From Alphaproteobacteria bacterium (GTDB lineage: Bacteria > Pseudomonadota > Alphaproteobacteria > SHVZ01), in NCBI GenBank assembly GCA_016869375.1, contig VGEH01000001.1:18669-82668 (forward strand): a stretch of DNA of 64,000 nucleotides. The letters run 5' to 3'. Every line of letters starts with the position of its first letter. Positions within the stretch are counted from its first letter, which is position 1. Made by a program: the position numbers and the translations under genes. Positions 8,952 to 18,780 of this stretch are shown here, piece by piece. The notes below the pieces were generated by a model, which saw nothing but the letters and a program-made list of their open reading frames with translations, had not been told where the DNA came from and ran no database searches.

Positions 8952-10601
8952 GTGCTCTCCTTCCTCGCCTCGCCCTGGGCGCGGGTTCTCGTGCTTGCCA
9001 TGACGCTGGCGGCGTTGCTGCCGGGCGCGCTTCGCCTGCCGGCGATCGACCGCGACGAATCCCGCTACGCGCAGGCGACCAAGCAGATGCTGGAGACTAA
9101 GGATTTCGTCCGTATCCGCTTCCAGGACGAGCCGCGCAACAAGAAGCCGGCCGGAATCCACTGGATGCAGGCGGCGGCGGTCTCGCTGATCGCGCCCGAC
9201 TCGAAGACGATCTGGGTCTACCGCCTGCCGTCGATCCTCGGCGTGCTGCTCGCCGTCGGTCTGACCATGGCGATCGCGCGCCGCCTCTACGACCCGATGA
9301 CCGCGACGCTCTCCGGCGGCCTCGTCGGCGCCGCCATGCTCACGCAGATCATGGGCCAGCAGGCGACCACCGACGGCGCGCTGCTCGCCGCCGCCGTCGC
9401 CGCGCAGGGCGCGCTCGCGCTCGCCTATGTGCGCCAGCGACGCGGCGAGCTCGTCAGGCCAGGTCTCGCCTTCGCCTTCTGGGCGGCGGAAGGCATCGCC
9501 ATCCTGATCAAGGGACCGGTGATCCTCGCCGTCACCGCACTCACCGTGATCACGCTCTCGGTCGCCGACAAGGATTGGCGCTGGCTGCGCCTCCTGCGCC
9601 CGCTGCTCGGCATCCCGCTGATGCTGGCGATCGCGAGCCCGTGGTTCATCGCGGTCCAGCTCGCGACCGATGGCGGCTTCGTCAGCGATGCGGTTCGCAA
9701 CGACCTCCTGCCCAAGCTGATCGGCGGGCACGAGAGTCATGGCGCGCGCCCCGGCTACTATTTGGCCCTGGTCAGCGTCACCTTCCTTCCCGCCTCTCTC
9801 GTGCTGTGGCCCGCGCTCAAGGAAGCCTGGAGCGACCGGCTCGACGCCCCGACTCGTGCGCTGCTCGCCTGGGCCTTGCCGGCGTGGTTCCTGTTCGAGG
9901 CCGTGCCGACCAAGCTTCCGCACTACGTCCTGCCGCTCTTCCCTGCTCTGGCGATGCTAGCGGCGCGTCTTCTCGTCCGCACCGCCGATGGCGAGACGAC
10001 GGCGCTCGCGCGGGGCTGGAGCGTCGCCGCGGCGGCGCCCTGGCTCCTTGCCAGCCTCGCGCTGGCCGCCGCCCCGGCGGTGCTGGGATACGCCGTCGAC
10101 CAGCGACTCGATCCGGCCGCGCTCGCGCTCGGGATCGGAGCGATGGCCACGACGCTGATCGCCGCGATTGCCGCAGGCCGAAGGCGGTGGCTCGGCGCGA
10201 CTGTGATATCGGCCCTGGCGACCTGGGCGATCCTGACGACGACCTTCGGCCAGATCCTGCCGCGCCTCGACGCGGTCTGGCTCGGCCGCGAGGCCGCCGA
10301 GACCATCGCGGCGAAGGCACCGGGGACTGCGGCGGCCGACATCGCCGCCTCGGGCTATGCCGAACCGAGCATGGTGTTCGCCGTCGGTACGCCGATCCGC
10401 CTGATCGATGCCGGCCTCGCCGGCCAATTCCTCGCCGAGGCGCCCGGGCGAGTCGCTCTGATCGGCCGCGAGGAGCAGTCGGCTTTCCTGGCCGCCGTAG
10501 CCGCCACGGGCGCCCGGGCCGAAGCGCTCGACACCCTCGCCGGCTTCAACTATTCCAAGGGCCGGTGGACCACGCTGACGCTCTATCGGCGGCACCCGTG
10601 A
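8952..10601 (+). CDS. ArnT/PMT-family (GT39/GT83-like) integral membrane glycosyltransferase
   Basis: 549 aa, ~12 TM segments. Has the ArnT-type motif DRDESRYAQATKQML..DFV..RFQDEPRNKKPAGIHW (DExRYA ... KP...W). Confidence 0.8.
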   Translation: MLSFLASPWARVLVLAMTLAALLPGALRLPAIDRDESRYAQATKQMLETKDFVRIRFQDEPRNKKPAGIHWMQAAAVSLIAPDSKTIWVYRLPSILGVLLAVGLTMAIARRLYDPMTATLSGGLVGAAMLTQIMGQQATTDGALLAAAVAAQGALALAYVRQRRGELVRPGLAFAFWAAEGIAILIKGPVILAVTALTVITLSVADKDWRWLRLLRPLLGIPLMLAIASPWFIAVQLATDGGFVSDAVRNDLLPKLIGGHESHGARPGYYLALVSVTFLPASLVLWPALKEAWSDRLDAPTRALLAWALPAWFLFEAVPTKLPHYVLPLFPALAMLAARLLVRTADGETTALARGWSVAAAAPWLLASLALAAAPAVLGYAVDQRLDPAALALGIGAMATTLIAAIAAGRRRWLGATVISALATWAILTTTFGQILPRLDAVWLGREAAETIAAKAPGTAAADIAASGYAEPSMVFAVGTPIRLIDAGLAGQFLAEAPGRVALIGREEQSAFLAAVAATGARAEALDTLAGFNYSKGRWTTLTLYRRHP

Positions 10602-11296
10602 CGCCGCATCCCTGGTACTGGCCACGTCCCGCGCCGATCGCGCGGTTCTGGGCGGCGACGGCGGCGGCTGCCGTCCTCGTCGCGATCGCCGCGCTGTGGC
10701 TCGACCGGCCGGTGGCGATCTGGTTCCAGGGGCAGGGCGAAACCAGCATGAGGTTCTTCCGTCGTATGTCGCTGCCGGGCGATTCGGTTTGGTATCTCGT
10801 TGCCGGCGGCATCGGCGCGCCGCTCGCCTATTTCCTGTCGCGGCGCCTCATCGACAGAGCGCGTGAACGCTGCCTGCTGCTCAGCAGCCGGCTCGCCCTC
10901 CTGTTCCTCGCCGTCGCCGCGACCGGAATCGTCGTCGACCTCCTGAAGATCCTGATCGGCCGAGCGCGGCCGAGGCATCTCTTCCAGGACGGCCTCATGG
11001 CCTTGGCGCCCGGCAGCTTCACGTCGTCCTGGTGGTCTTTCCCGTCGGGCCACGCGACGACGGTAGGCACGGTCGCCATGACACTGATCCTGCTGGCTCC
11101 CCGGCTCGCCTGGCTCTGGATCCTGCTCGCGCTCGCGGTGGCGCTCGGCCGCGTCGGCGCCACGGCGCATTTCATCAGCGACACCATCGCCGGGCTGTGG
11201 CTCGGCGCGATGGGCGCGACGCTGGTCAGCTGGGCGCTCGCACGCCGGGCGGAAGCGATCGAACGGCGCTGGGGGCTGCCCCGATGCGTTGGATGA
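10598..11296 (+). CDS. PAP2-family phosphatase (lipid phosphate / lipid A phosphatase-like)
   Basis: GTG 10598 overlaps the glycosyltransferase stop (GTGA). PAP2 motifs KILIGRARP, PSGHAT and GATAHFISD. The upstream in-frame extension to 9575 overlaps the previous gene and is rejected. Confidence 0.75.
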   Translation: MTPHPWYWPRPAPIARFWAATAAAAVLVAIAALWLDRPVAIWFQGQGETSMRFFRRMSLPGDSVWYLVAGGIGAPLAYFLSRRLIDRARERCLLLSSRLALLFLAVAATGIVVDLLKILIGRARPRHLFQDGLMALAPGSFTSSWWSFPSGHATTVGTVAMTLILLAPRLAWLWILLALAVALGRVGATAHFISDTIAGLWLGAMGATLVSWALARRAEAIERRWGLPRCVG

Positions 11297-12396
11297 CGCG
11301 CTACCCGCTGCGCCAGATGACGATGGCGCTGCTGTTCGTGCTGGGCTCGGTGACCCTGGCCATCTGGCTGACCCAGGCGCTCCGTTTCGTCGACCTGATC
11401 GTGAACCGCGGCCTCCCGGTCGAGACCTTCCTCCACCTCGCCATCCTGCTTCTGCCGCAGTTCTTCCAGCTCGTTCTGCCGATCGCGACATTCTCGGCGG
11501 TGGTATTCGCCTACAACAAGATGCAGGCCGACTCCGAACTCGTGGTGATGCGGGCGACCGGCCTCTCCTCCTTCGGCCTCTCGCGGCCCGCCTTCGTCCT
11601 CGCGCTCGGCTCGACGCTGGCAGCCTATGCCCTGAGCTTCTACCTCTCCCCGCTCGCGCACGGCGCCTTCAAGACGCTGCAGTTCGAGATCCGCAACCAG
11701 TTCACCAACGTGCTGCTGCGCGAAGGCGTGTTCACCAACATCGGCGAGAAGATGACGGTGTACATCCGCCAGCGCGAAAGCTCGGGCGAACTGCTCGGTG
11801 TCCTGGTCCAGGACGAGACCGACCCGAAGAAGCACGTGACGATGGTGGCCGAGCGCGGCGCCCTGGTGCGCGGCGACGAAGGCCCGAAGGTCCTGATGGT
11901 CAACGGCAACCGCCAGGAGCGCGACGTCGCCTCCGGCCGCCTGTCGGTGCTCTACTTCGAGAGCTACGCGCACGACCTCGGGCGGATGCAGCAGGCCGCC
12001 GCACTGCGCTGGCGCGAGCCCAGGGAGCGCTTCCTCTCAGAGCTGTTCTGGCACGAGAACACGCCGATCGACATCGAACACCGTACCGAGCTGATCGCCG
12101 AAGGCCATCAGCGGATCGCGACACCGCTCTTCTGCATCACCTTCACGCTGATCGCCCTTGCCGCGCTCCTGACCGGCGAGTTCTCGCGGCGCGGCCATCT
12201 CGGGCGCATCCTGATCGGCATCCTCGCGGTGATCCTCTGTCAGGCGGCCAATCTCGGCGCCACCCATGCCGCGGCGCGCTCGCTCGCCGCCGTGCCCGCC
12301 ATCTACGCGGTGGTCGTGCTGCCGGCGCTGGCGGCGCTCTGGCTGCTGCTGCAACCACAACGCCGCGCAATCCCGCGCTTCGCTCCGGCCGAGTAG
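11284..12396 (+). CDS. lptF: LPS export ABC transporter permease LptF
   Basis: ATG 11284 (MRWMTRYPLRQMTMALLFVLG..) overlaps the PAP2 3' end. YjgP/YjgQ-family topology. Confidence 0.85.
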   Translation: MRWMTRYPLRQMTMALLFVLGSVTLAIWLTQALRFVDLIVNRGLPVETFLHLAILLLPQFFQLVLPIATFSAVVFAYNKMQADSELVVMRATGLSSFGLSRPAFVLALGSTLAAYALSFYLSPLAHGAFKTLQFEIRNQFTNVLLREGVFTNIGEKMTVYIRQRESSGELLGVLVQDETDPKKHVTMVAERGALVRGDEGPKVLMVNGNRQERDVASGRLSVLYFESYAHDLGRMQQAAALRWREPRERFLSELFWHENTPIDIEHRTELIAEGHQRIATPLFCITFTLIALAALLTGEFSRRGHLGRILIGILAVILCQAANLGATHAAARSLAAVPAIYAVVVLPALAALWLLLQPQRRAIPRFAPAE

Positions 12397-12397
12397 C

Positions 12398-13492
12398 ATG
12401 AGACTTTCGCGCACTCTTTCCGTCTATATCGGACGCCGGTTCCTCTACTGGTTCGCCTGCGTATTCCTGTCGCTTCTGGCGCTGACCTTCGTCTTCGATC
12501 TTGTCGAGCTGCTCCGGCGCGTCGCCTCGCGCCAGCAGGCGGGCTTCGGCATCGTGCTTCAGCTGGCGCTGCTCAAGCTGCCGACCATGGCGCAGATGCT
12601 GCTGCCCTTCGCCGTGCTGTTCACGACGATGATGACCTATTGGCAGCTGACGCGGAGCCAGGAACTCGTGGTGGCACGCGCCTCCGGCGTCTCGGTCTGG
12701 CAGTTCCTGCTGCCGGCGCTCGTCGCCGCGCTTCTGATCGGCACCTTCCGCACGACGCTCTTCAATCCGGTCGCCTCGGTACTGACCCAGCGCTACGAGC
12801 AGCTCGAGGCGCAGATCTTCCGCGGCCGCACCAGCCTGCTCGCGGTCTCGGAATCCGGCCTCTGGCTCCGCCAGATGGGCGAGCGCGGGCAGGCGATCAT
12901 CCACGCGCAGGGCGTCTCCCAGCAGCACATGGAGCTGATGGACGTGACGGTCTTCCTCTACGAAGGGCTGGACCGCTATTCCGGGCGCATCGACGCCGCC
13001 TCGGCGCGGCTCGAGGAAGGCCACTGGGCGCTGCGGGACGCGCTGGTCGTAAGCGGCGACCGCGCGCCGGTGCGCGAGCCGACGATGCGGATCGCCACCG
13101 ACCTCACGCTCGAGACGATCCAGGACAGTTTCGCCGCGCCTGAGACCATGAGCTTCTGGGAACTCCCGGCCTTCATCGACGTGCTCGAGAAGGCGGGCTT
13201 CTCTGCGGCGCGACACCGACTGCATCTGCACGGGCTCCTCGCCGCGCCGCTGATGCTGGCCGCCATGGTGCTGATCGCCGCCACCTTCTCGCTCCGCATG
13301 GTACGCCGTGGCGGCACCATGGCGGTGGCGGGAGCCGGGATCTTCGTCGGCTTCCTCGTCTACTTCGCCTCCGACGTCATCTTCGCGCTCGGCCTTTCGG
13401 GCCGCCTGCCGGTCGAGCTCGCGGCCTGGACGCCGGCCTCGATCTCGACGCTGCTCGGGCTCGCGATGCTGCTCCATCTCGAGGACGGCTGA
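12398..13492 (+). CDS. lptG: LPS export ABC transporter permease LptG
   Basis: ATG 12398 (MRLSRTLSVYIGRRFLYWF..). YjgP/YjgQ family. Its stop overlaps the lptD start (ATGA). Confidence 0.85.
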   Translation: MRLSRTLSVYIGRRFLYWFACVFLSLLALTFVFDLVELLRRVASRQQAGFGIVLQLALLKLPTMAQMLLPFAVLFTTMMTYWQLTRSQELVVARASGVSVWQFLLPALVAALLIGTFRTTLFNPVASVLTQRYEQLEAQIFRGRTSLLAVSESGLWLRQMGERGQAIIHAQGVSQQHMELMDVTVFLYEGLDRYSGRIDAASARLEEGHWALRDALVVSGDRAPVREPTMRIATDLTLETIQDSFAAPETMSFWELPAFIDVLEKAGFSAARHRLHLHGLLAAPLMLAAMVLIAATFSLRMVRRGGTMAVAGAGIFVGFLVYFASDVIFALGLSGRLPVELAAWTPASISTLLGLAMLLHLEDG

Positions 13493-15666
13493 TGCTCAGG
13501 TTGCTTGCCGCTCTGCTCTTCCTCGCCTTCTCCAGTGGTTCGGCCTCGGCCCAGTTCGGCGGGCTGAAGACGAGCAACGAGCCCGTCCTGATCAAGGCCG
13601 ACCAGCTGACCCATCACCAGGACCTCGGCACCACGGTCGCGAGCGGCAATGTCGAGATCGTGCAGGGCGAAAGCATCCTGCTCGCCGACACCGTCGCCTA
13701 CAGCGAGCGCGAGGACAAGGTCACCGCGACCGGCAATGTGAGCCTGACCCAGGCGACCGGCGAAGTGATGTTCGCCGACTTCGTCGAGCTGACCGGTGGC
13801 ATGCGCGACGGCTATGTGCAGAACCTTCGAGCACTGCTCGCCGACAACAGCCGGCTTGCCGCCAACGCCGCGCGCCGCGTCGGCGGCACCCGCAAGGAGA
13901 TGACACGCGCCGTCTACTCGCCCTGCGACCTGTGCAAGGAAGACCCGACGCGCGCGCCGCTGTGGCAGATCCGCGCGGTCAGGGTCGTCCACGACGAAGT
14001 CTCGCGCGACATCGAATACACGGATGCCACGCTCGAGATGTGGGGCATACCGGTCGCGTACTTCCCGACGCTGAGCCATCCCGACCCGACCGTGAAGCAG
14101 CGCTCGGGTATCCTGGCGCCCAAGCTCGGCCAGTCGGGCGAGGTCGGCGCCATCGTGGGCATTCCCTATTACTGGGCAATCAGCCCGAGCCAGGACCTCA
14201 CGGTCGAGCCGATCTTCTACTCCTCGGAAGGCGGGCTGGTCGCAAGCGAGTACCGGCAGCGCTTCGCCAAGGGCCTGATCGACGTCAAAGGCAGCGCCGG
14301 CTACCTCGACCAGCGCGAAGGAGACATCAAGACCGGCGAGCAGAACATCAAGGGCCATATCGATGCCAGCGCGCGCTTCGACCTGACCGATGTCTGGCGC
14401 GCCGGCGGCGATCTCCGGCGCTCGTCGGACCGGCTCTACCTCAAGCGCTACAAGCTCGGCGATCCCGAAGTTCTCACCAGCCGCGCCTTCGCCGAAGGCT
14501 TCCATGGCCGCGACTACCTCGCGCTCAACGCCTATTCCTTCCAGGGGTTGCGCGCGACCGACATCCGCGACCAGTCGCCGCTGCTCGCGCCCTACACCTA
14601 CTACTCCTTCCTGAGCGAGCCCGGCCGCCACGGCGGACGCTTCTCGATCGATGCCAGTGCCATGTCGCTGACGCGCGACGTCGGCTCGGACTCGAACCGC
14701 CTGGCCGTAACCAGCGGCTGGACGCTTCCCTATACCTCGCGCTCGGGCGAAATCTACACGCTCTCCACGCTGCTCTATACCGACGGCTATTGGACGGCGG
14801 ATGTCAACGATCCGACGCGCCCCGGCGGCTTCTTCGAGGACGGCTTCACCGGTCGCGTCGTGCCGCAGGTGAAGTTCGAATGGCGCTGGCCCTGGGTCCG
14901 ACGCGACGGGAGCCTCCGCACGGTCATCGAGCCGATCGCCGATGTGGTCCTGAGCCCCAACGGGGGCAACCCGGATCGCATCCCCAACGAGGACTCGCAG
15001 GTCTTCGAGCTCGACGAGACCAACCTCTTCGAGCCCAACCGCTTCGCCGGCTTCGACCGCGTCTCGACCGGCCAGCGCATCGACTACGGTCTCAAGCTCG
15101 GCGTCTACGGAGACTCCGGACGAGGCGCGACCATGCTCGTCGGCCAGAGCTACGCATTCCAGCGCAACTCGGCCTATGTGATGGGATCCGGCGTCAACGA
15201 GGACTGGTCGGACTATGTCGGACGCCTGACCGTGACGCCCGGCCCGTACCTCGACCTGATCTACCGCTTCCGGCTGGACGAGGACAATTTCGCGCTCAGG
15301 CGAAACGAGGTTGGCGTCTCCACGGGGCCGTCCTGGCTGCGCTTCGACGCCTTCTACCTGCAGGTCGCCTCGCGACCGGACGTGCCCCAGATAGGCCAGC
15401 GGCGCGGGCTGGCCACCATCGTTACCGCACGCCTCAGCGATCACTGGAGCGGCCAGGCACGACTCGTCCGCGACCTCGGCGCCGCCCAGGACAAGAACCG
15501 CCTGGCGGGCGTGACGTTCAATTATGGCGACGAATGCTTCGCAGTCGCTTTCGACGTCACCCGGCACTACACCACGGACGGCAACCTCAAGCCCGACACG
15601 ACCGCCTTCATCCGGCTGGTGTTCAAGAATCTGGGCCAGGTCGACTTCCGCGGGCTGGGCTTCTGA
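13492..15666 (+). CDS. lptD: LPS-assembly protein LptD
   Basis: 724 aa with a signal peptide (MLRLLAALLFLAFSSGSASAQ). Has an OstA N-terminal domain and a C-terminal beta-barrel. Confidence 0.9.
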   Translation: MLRLLAALLFLAFSSGSASAQFGGLKTSNEPVLIKADQLTHHQDLGTTVASGNVEIVQGESILLADTVAYSEREDKVTATGNVSLTQATGEVMFADFVELTGGMRDGYVQNLRALLADNSRLAANAARRVGGTRKEMTRAVYSPCDLCKEDPTRAPLWQIRAVRVVHDEVSRDIEYTDATLEMWGIPVAYFPTLSHPDPTVKQRSGILAPKLGQSGEVGAIVGIPYYWAISPSQDLTVEPIFYSSEGGLVASEYRQRFAKGLIDVKGSAGYLDQREGDIKTGEQNIKGHIDASARFDLTDVWRAGGDLRRSSDRLYLKRYKLGDPEVLTSRAFAEGFHGRDYLALNAYSFQGLRATDIRDQSPLLAPYTYYSFLSEPGRHGGRFSIDASAMSLTRDVGSDSNRLAVTSGWTLPYTSRSGEIYTLSTLLYTDGYWTADVNDPTRPGGFFEDGFTGRVVPQVKFEWRWPWVRRDGSLRTVIEPIADVVLSPNGGNPDRIPNEDSQVFELDETNLFEPNRFAGFDRVSTGQRIDYGLKLGVYGDSGRGATMLVGQSYAFQRNSAYVMGSGVNEDWSDYVGRLTVTPGPYLDLIYRFRLDEDNFALRRNEVGVSTGPSWLRFDAFYLQVASRPDVPQIGQRRGLATIVTARLSDHWSGQARLVRDLGAAQDKNRLAGVTFNYGDECFAVAFDVTRHYTTDGNLKPDTTAFIRLVFKNLGQVDFRGLGF

Positions 15667-15707
15667 TCGGCTTGCCTCGATGGGCGTCAAGCGTTAGGTC
15701 TGACCCG

Positions 15708-16946
15708 ATGATGCTGCTCCGGCTCTCCCTCCTTGCCCTTCTGGCGCTGACGCCCGCGGCGTCGGCCCAGGAGTCCCTGCGGATCGCCGCAGTCGTCAAC
15801 GACGAGGCGATCTCGTTCCGCGACCTAGAAGCCCGTCTGCGGGTGGTCCTGGTTTCGAGCAATGTCGGCGACACGCCGGAAAACCGCCGCCGTGCCGCCT
15901 CTCAGGTCCTCCGCCAGCTCATCGACGAGCGCCTGCAGCTGCAGGAAGGCAAGCGCCTCAACATCGATGCCACGGAAGCCGAGATCCAGGAGGCATTCCG
16001 CCGCATCGAGGAGCAGAGCAACCTCCCGCCCGGCGGCCTCGAGGAAGAGATCAAGCGGCACGATGTCAGCCGGCCGTCGATGGTCGAGCAGATCCGCTCC
16101 AGCATCGTCTGGCAGAAGCTCGTGCGCCGGCAAGCCGCCTCCCAGGTCCAGGTCGGCGACGACGAGATCGATGAGATCTTCGCCAGCTTCCAGCGCACGC
16201 GCGATCTTCCCGAGCTACGCATCAGCGAGATCCTTCTGACCGTCGACCGTCCCGACCGCGAACCCGAGGTCCGGCGCTTCGCCGAGCAGCTGGTCGAGCA
16301 GGCGCGCGGCGGCGCCGAATTCGTTTCGCTCGCCCGCCAGTTCTCCGAGGCCGCCAGCGCGGCGGCAGGCGGCGAGATCGGTTGGGTGCTCCCCACCCAG
16401 CTCGACGAGGCGATCGAGCGCGAGGTCTCGAAGGCGCAGCCCGGTACGATCGTCGGCCCGATCCGGACCGTCGCGGGTTTCCATGTCATCCGGCTGGCCG
16501 ACCGCCGCATGATGCAGCAGGCCGGCGCCGAGGAGGCGGTCCTCAATCTTCGCCAGGCGGTCATTCCCATCGCGGGCACGACCGAAGAGGAAGCGCGCCA
16601 GCGCGCCGCGACGGTGGCCTCATCCAAGACCTGCCCCGACTTCGAGAAGGCGGCGGAAGAGGCGAAGGCGTTGCGGCCCTATAGCCTCGGCCGCCTCAAG
16701 ATCGGCGAGCTCAACGCCGCGGTCAGACCGCTCGTCGCTCCGCTCGAAGCCGGCAAGACGAGCGCGCCGACCCGGGTTACCGAGGTGGTGGTGGTCTTCA
16801 TGGTCTGCGACAGGACCCAGCCCGAGACGGGCATGCCCAAGCGCGAAGAGATCCGCGAGCAGCTCTTCCGCGGCAAGCTCTCGATCGTCGCCCGTCGTTA
16901 TCTCCGGGACCTCCGTCGCGCCGCCCATCTGGACCTGCGCACGTGA
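15708..16946 (+). CDS. surA: peptidyl-prolyl cis-trans isomerase / chaperone SurA
   Basis: Signal peptide MMLLRLSLLALLALTPAASAQ, SurA N-domain, and a parvulin domain (GGEIGWV...GPIRTVAGFHVIRL). Confidence 0.85.
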   Translation: MMLLRLSLLALLALTPAASAQESLRIAAVVNDEAISFRDLEARLRVVLVSSNVGDTPENRRRAASQVLRQLIDERLQLQEGKRLNIDATEAEIQEAFRRIEEQSNLPPGGLEEEIKRHDVSRPSMVEQIRSSIVWQKLVRRQAASQVQVGDDEIDEIFASFQRTRDLPELRISEILLTVDRPDREPEVRRFAEQLVEQARGGAEFVSLARQFSEAASAAAGGEIGWVLPTQLDEAIEREVSKAQPGTIVGPIRTVAGFHVIRLADRRMMQQAGAEEAVLNLRQAVIPIAGTTEEEARQRAATVASSKTCPDFEKAAEEAKALRPYSLGRLKIGELNAAVRPLVAPLEAGKTSAPTRVTEVVVVFMVCDRTQPETGMPKREEIREQLFRGKLSIVARRYLRDLRRAAHLDLRT

Positions 16947-17953
16947 CAGTGCCCCTGGCGTTGACCATGGGCGAGCCGGCCGGCATCGGCGGCGAGATCG
17001 CCCTGATGGCCTGGGCGCGACGCGGCGAGGGCGTGAAGCCCTTCTTCGTTCTCGACGACCCCGAGCGCCTGACGGCGCTGTCGAAGCGCATCGGCCTCGA
17101 TGTGCCGCTGGTGACGATCGAGGCACCGGAGGGCGCCTCGCGGGCGTTCGACGCGGCGCTTCCCGTGTTCCCGATCCGGCTGGCGAAAGCTGCTACGCCC
17201 GGCAAACTCGATCCCGCGAACGCTGCCGCGGTATTGGAGGCGATCCGCCGCGCTGTCGCGCTGGTCCGCGAGGGGCGAGCCGGCGCCGTGGTAACCAACC
17301 CGATCCATAAGCACGTGCTCTACGAGGCCGGCTTCCATCATCCCGGCCACACCGAGTTCCTCGCCGAGCTCGCCGCCGAGAACGGACACGTACCGACGCC
17401 GGTGATGATGTTGGCCTGCCCACAGCTCCGCGTCGTCCCCGTCACCATTCACCTGCCGATCCGCAAGGCCGTCGCCGATCTCACCAGCGCGATGATCGTC
17501 GAGACCGGCGCAATCCTCGCCCGCGATCTCACCCGGCGCTTCGGCAAGGCGAAGCCACGGATCGCGGTCGCGGGCCTCAATCCACACGCCGGCGAAGGCG
17601 GCGCCCTCGGCAAGGAGGACGACGAGATCGTCCGTCCCGCCATCGACGCCTTGAAGAAGCTCGGCATCGACGCGACCGGCCCCTGGGCGCCGGACTCGAT
17701 GTTCCATGCCGATGCGCGCGCCGGCTACGACGCCGCGCTCTGCATGTATCACGATCAGGCGCTGATCCCGATCAAGACGCTCGATTTCCACGGCGGCGTC
17801 AACGTCACGCTCGGGCTTCCCTTCATCCGGACGTCGCCCGATCACGGCACCGCGCTCGATATCGCCGGATCCGGCCGCGCCAACCCCGCGAGCCTGATCG
17901 CCGCGCTCAAGCTCGCCGACGCGATGGCGGAGAGCAGCGCTGCAACGGCTTGA
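16943..17953 (+). CDS. pdxA: 4-hydroxythreonine-4-phosphate dehydrogenase
   Basis: 336 aa with PdxA motifs ([37 protein letters not shown]). Confidence 0.9.
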   Translation: MTVPLALTMGEPAGIGGEIALMAWARRGEGVKPFFVLDDPERLTALSKRIGLDVPLVTIEAPEGASRAFDAALPVFPIRLAKAATPGKLDPANAAAVLEAIRRAVALVREGRAGAVVTNPIHKHVLYEAGFHHPGHTEFLAELAAENGHVPTPVMMLACPQLRVVPVTIHLPIRKAVADLTSAMIVETGAILARDLTRRFGKAKPRIAVAGLNPHAGEGGALGKEDDEIVRPAIDALKKLGIDATGPWAPDSMFHADARAGYDAALCMYHDQALIPIKTLDFHGGVNVTLGLPFIRTSPDHGTALDIAGSGRANPASLIAALKLADAMAESSAATA

Positions 17954-18764
17954 GGCTCTGCCGCCGTTAGGCGAGGTCATCCGCCGCCACGAGCTCCAGG
18001 CGGTCAAGGCCCTCGGACAGAACTTCCTTCTCGACCTCAACCTGACCGGCAAGATCGCACGATCGGCGGGCGATCTCGCGCGCGGCACGACGATCGAGAT
18101 CGGCCCCGGGCCCGGCGGACTCACACGCGCGCTGCTTCTGGCCGGAGCCGCCAAGGTGATTGCGATCGAGCGCGACCGGCGTGCGCTTCCGGCGCTCGCC
18201 GAGATTGCCGAGGCCGCCGATGGGCGGCTGCATGTCGTCGAAGGCGACGCGCTCGACGTCGACGCGTCAACGCTCGGCGAGCCCCCTCGCCGCATCGTCG
18301 CCAATCTTCCCTACAACATCGCGACGCCGCTGCTCTTCGCCTGGCTCGCGCGGATCGGCGATTTCGAGAGCCTGACCCTGATGTTCCAGAAGGAAGTGGC
18401 CGAGCGCATCACCGCTCAGCCGAACTCGAAAGCCTATGGCCGGCTCGCCGTGATGACGCAATGGGTCGCCGAGGCGAAGCGTCTCTTCGATATTCCCGCG
18501 CGCGCCTTCACCCCTCCGCCGAAGGTGACATCGTCGGTCGTCCGCATCACGCCGCGCTCCGCACCGCAAGGCGAAGCCGATGCCAGGACGATGGAGCGCG
18601 TGGTCGCAACCGCCTTCAACCAGCGGCGCAAGATGCTGCGCCAGGCGCTGAAGCCGCTCGGCAATGCCGAAGCCCTGCTCGCCGCCGCGGGCATCGACCC
18701 GACACGCCGAGCAGAAACGCTGCATGTCTCTGAGTTCGCTACCCTCGCGAGGATAGCGGGCTGA
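17940..18764 (+). CDS. rsmA: 16S rRNA (adenine1518-N6/adenine1519-N6)-dimethyltransferase RsmA/KsgA
   Basis: The C-terminal 202 aa are in the ORF track (18156..18764). The conserved N-terminus (..[56 protein letters not shown]) is encoded in the same frame from ~17940, but there is no ATG/GTG/TTG between the upstream stop (17895) and GTG 18156. The 5' end is therefore approximate (CTG 17940 candidate). Confidence 0.75.
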   Translation: MQRLEALPPLGEVIRRHELQAVKALGQNFLLDLNLTGKIARSAGDLARGTTIEIGPGPGGLTRALLLAGAAKVIAIERDRRALPALAEIAEAADGRLHVVEGDALDVDASTLGEPPRRIVANLPYNIATPLLFAWLARIGDFESLTLMFQKEVAERITAQPNSKAYGRLAVMTQWVAEAKRLFDIPARAFTPPPKVTSSVVRITPRSAPQGEADARTMERVVATAFNQRRKMLRQALKPLGNAEALLAAAGIDPTRRAETLHVSEFATLARIAG

Positions 18765-18780
18765 CCGGTCGCTGGATCGA

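Noticed and set aside
9575-10597. Upstream in-frame extension of the PAP2 ORF (573-aa version) and the 6900..7610 extension of holC
   Set aside because: The extensions overlap well-supported upstream genes (the ArnT-like GT; pepA) in another frame and translate to Pro/Arg-rich low-complexity sequence. The conserved domains begin at the shorter starts, which also give coupled overlaps.
13360-15690. 776-aa ORF on the minus strand opposite lptD (with further long antisense ORFs at 31227..34250, 25723..27741, 47402..49687, 55458..58067, 12143..13477 and 16898..18304)
   Set aside because: High-GC genomes generate long stop-free reverse-frame shadows of real genes. These have low-complexity, Arg/Gly/Ala-rich translations, no motifs, and lie entirely inside strongly supported genes on the other strand.
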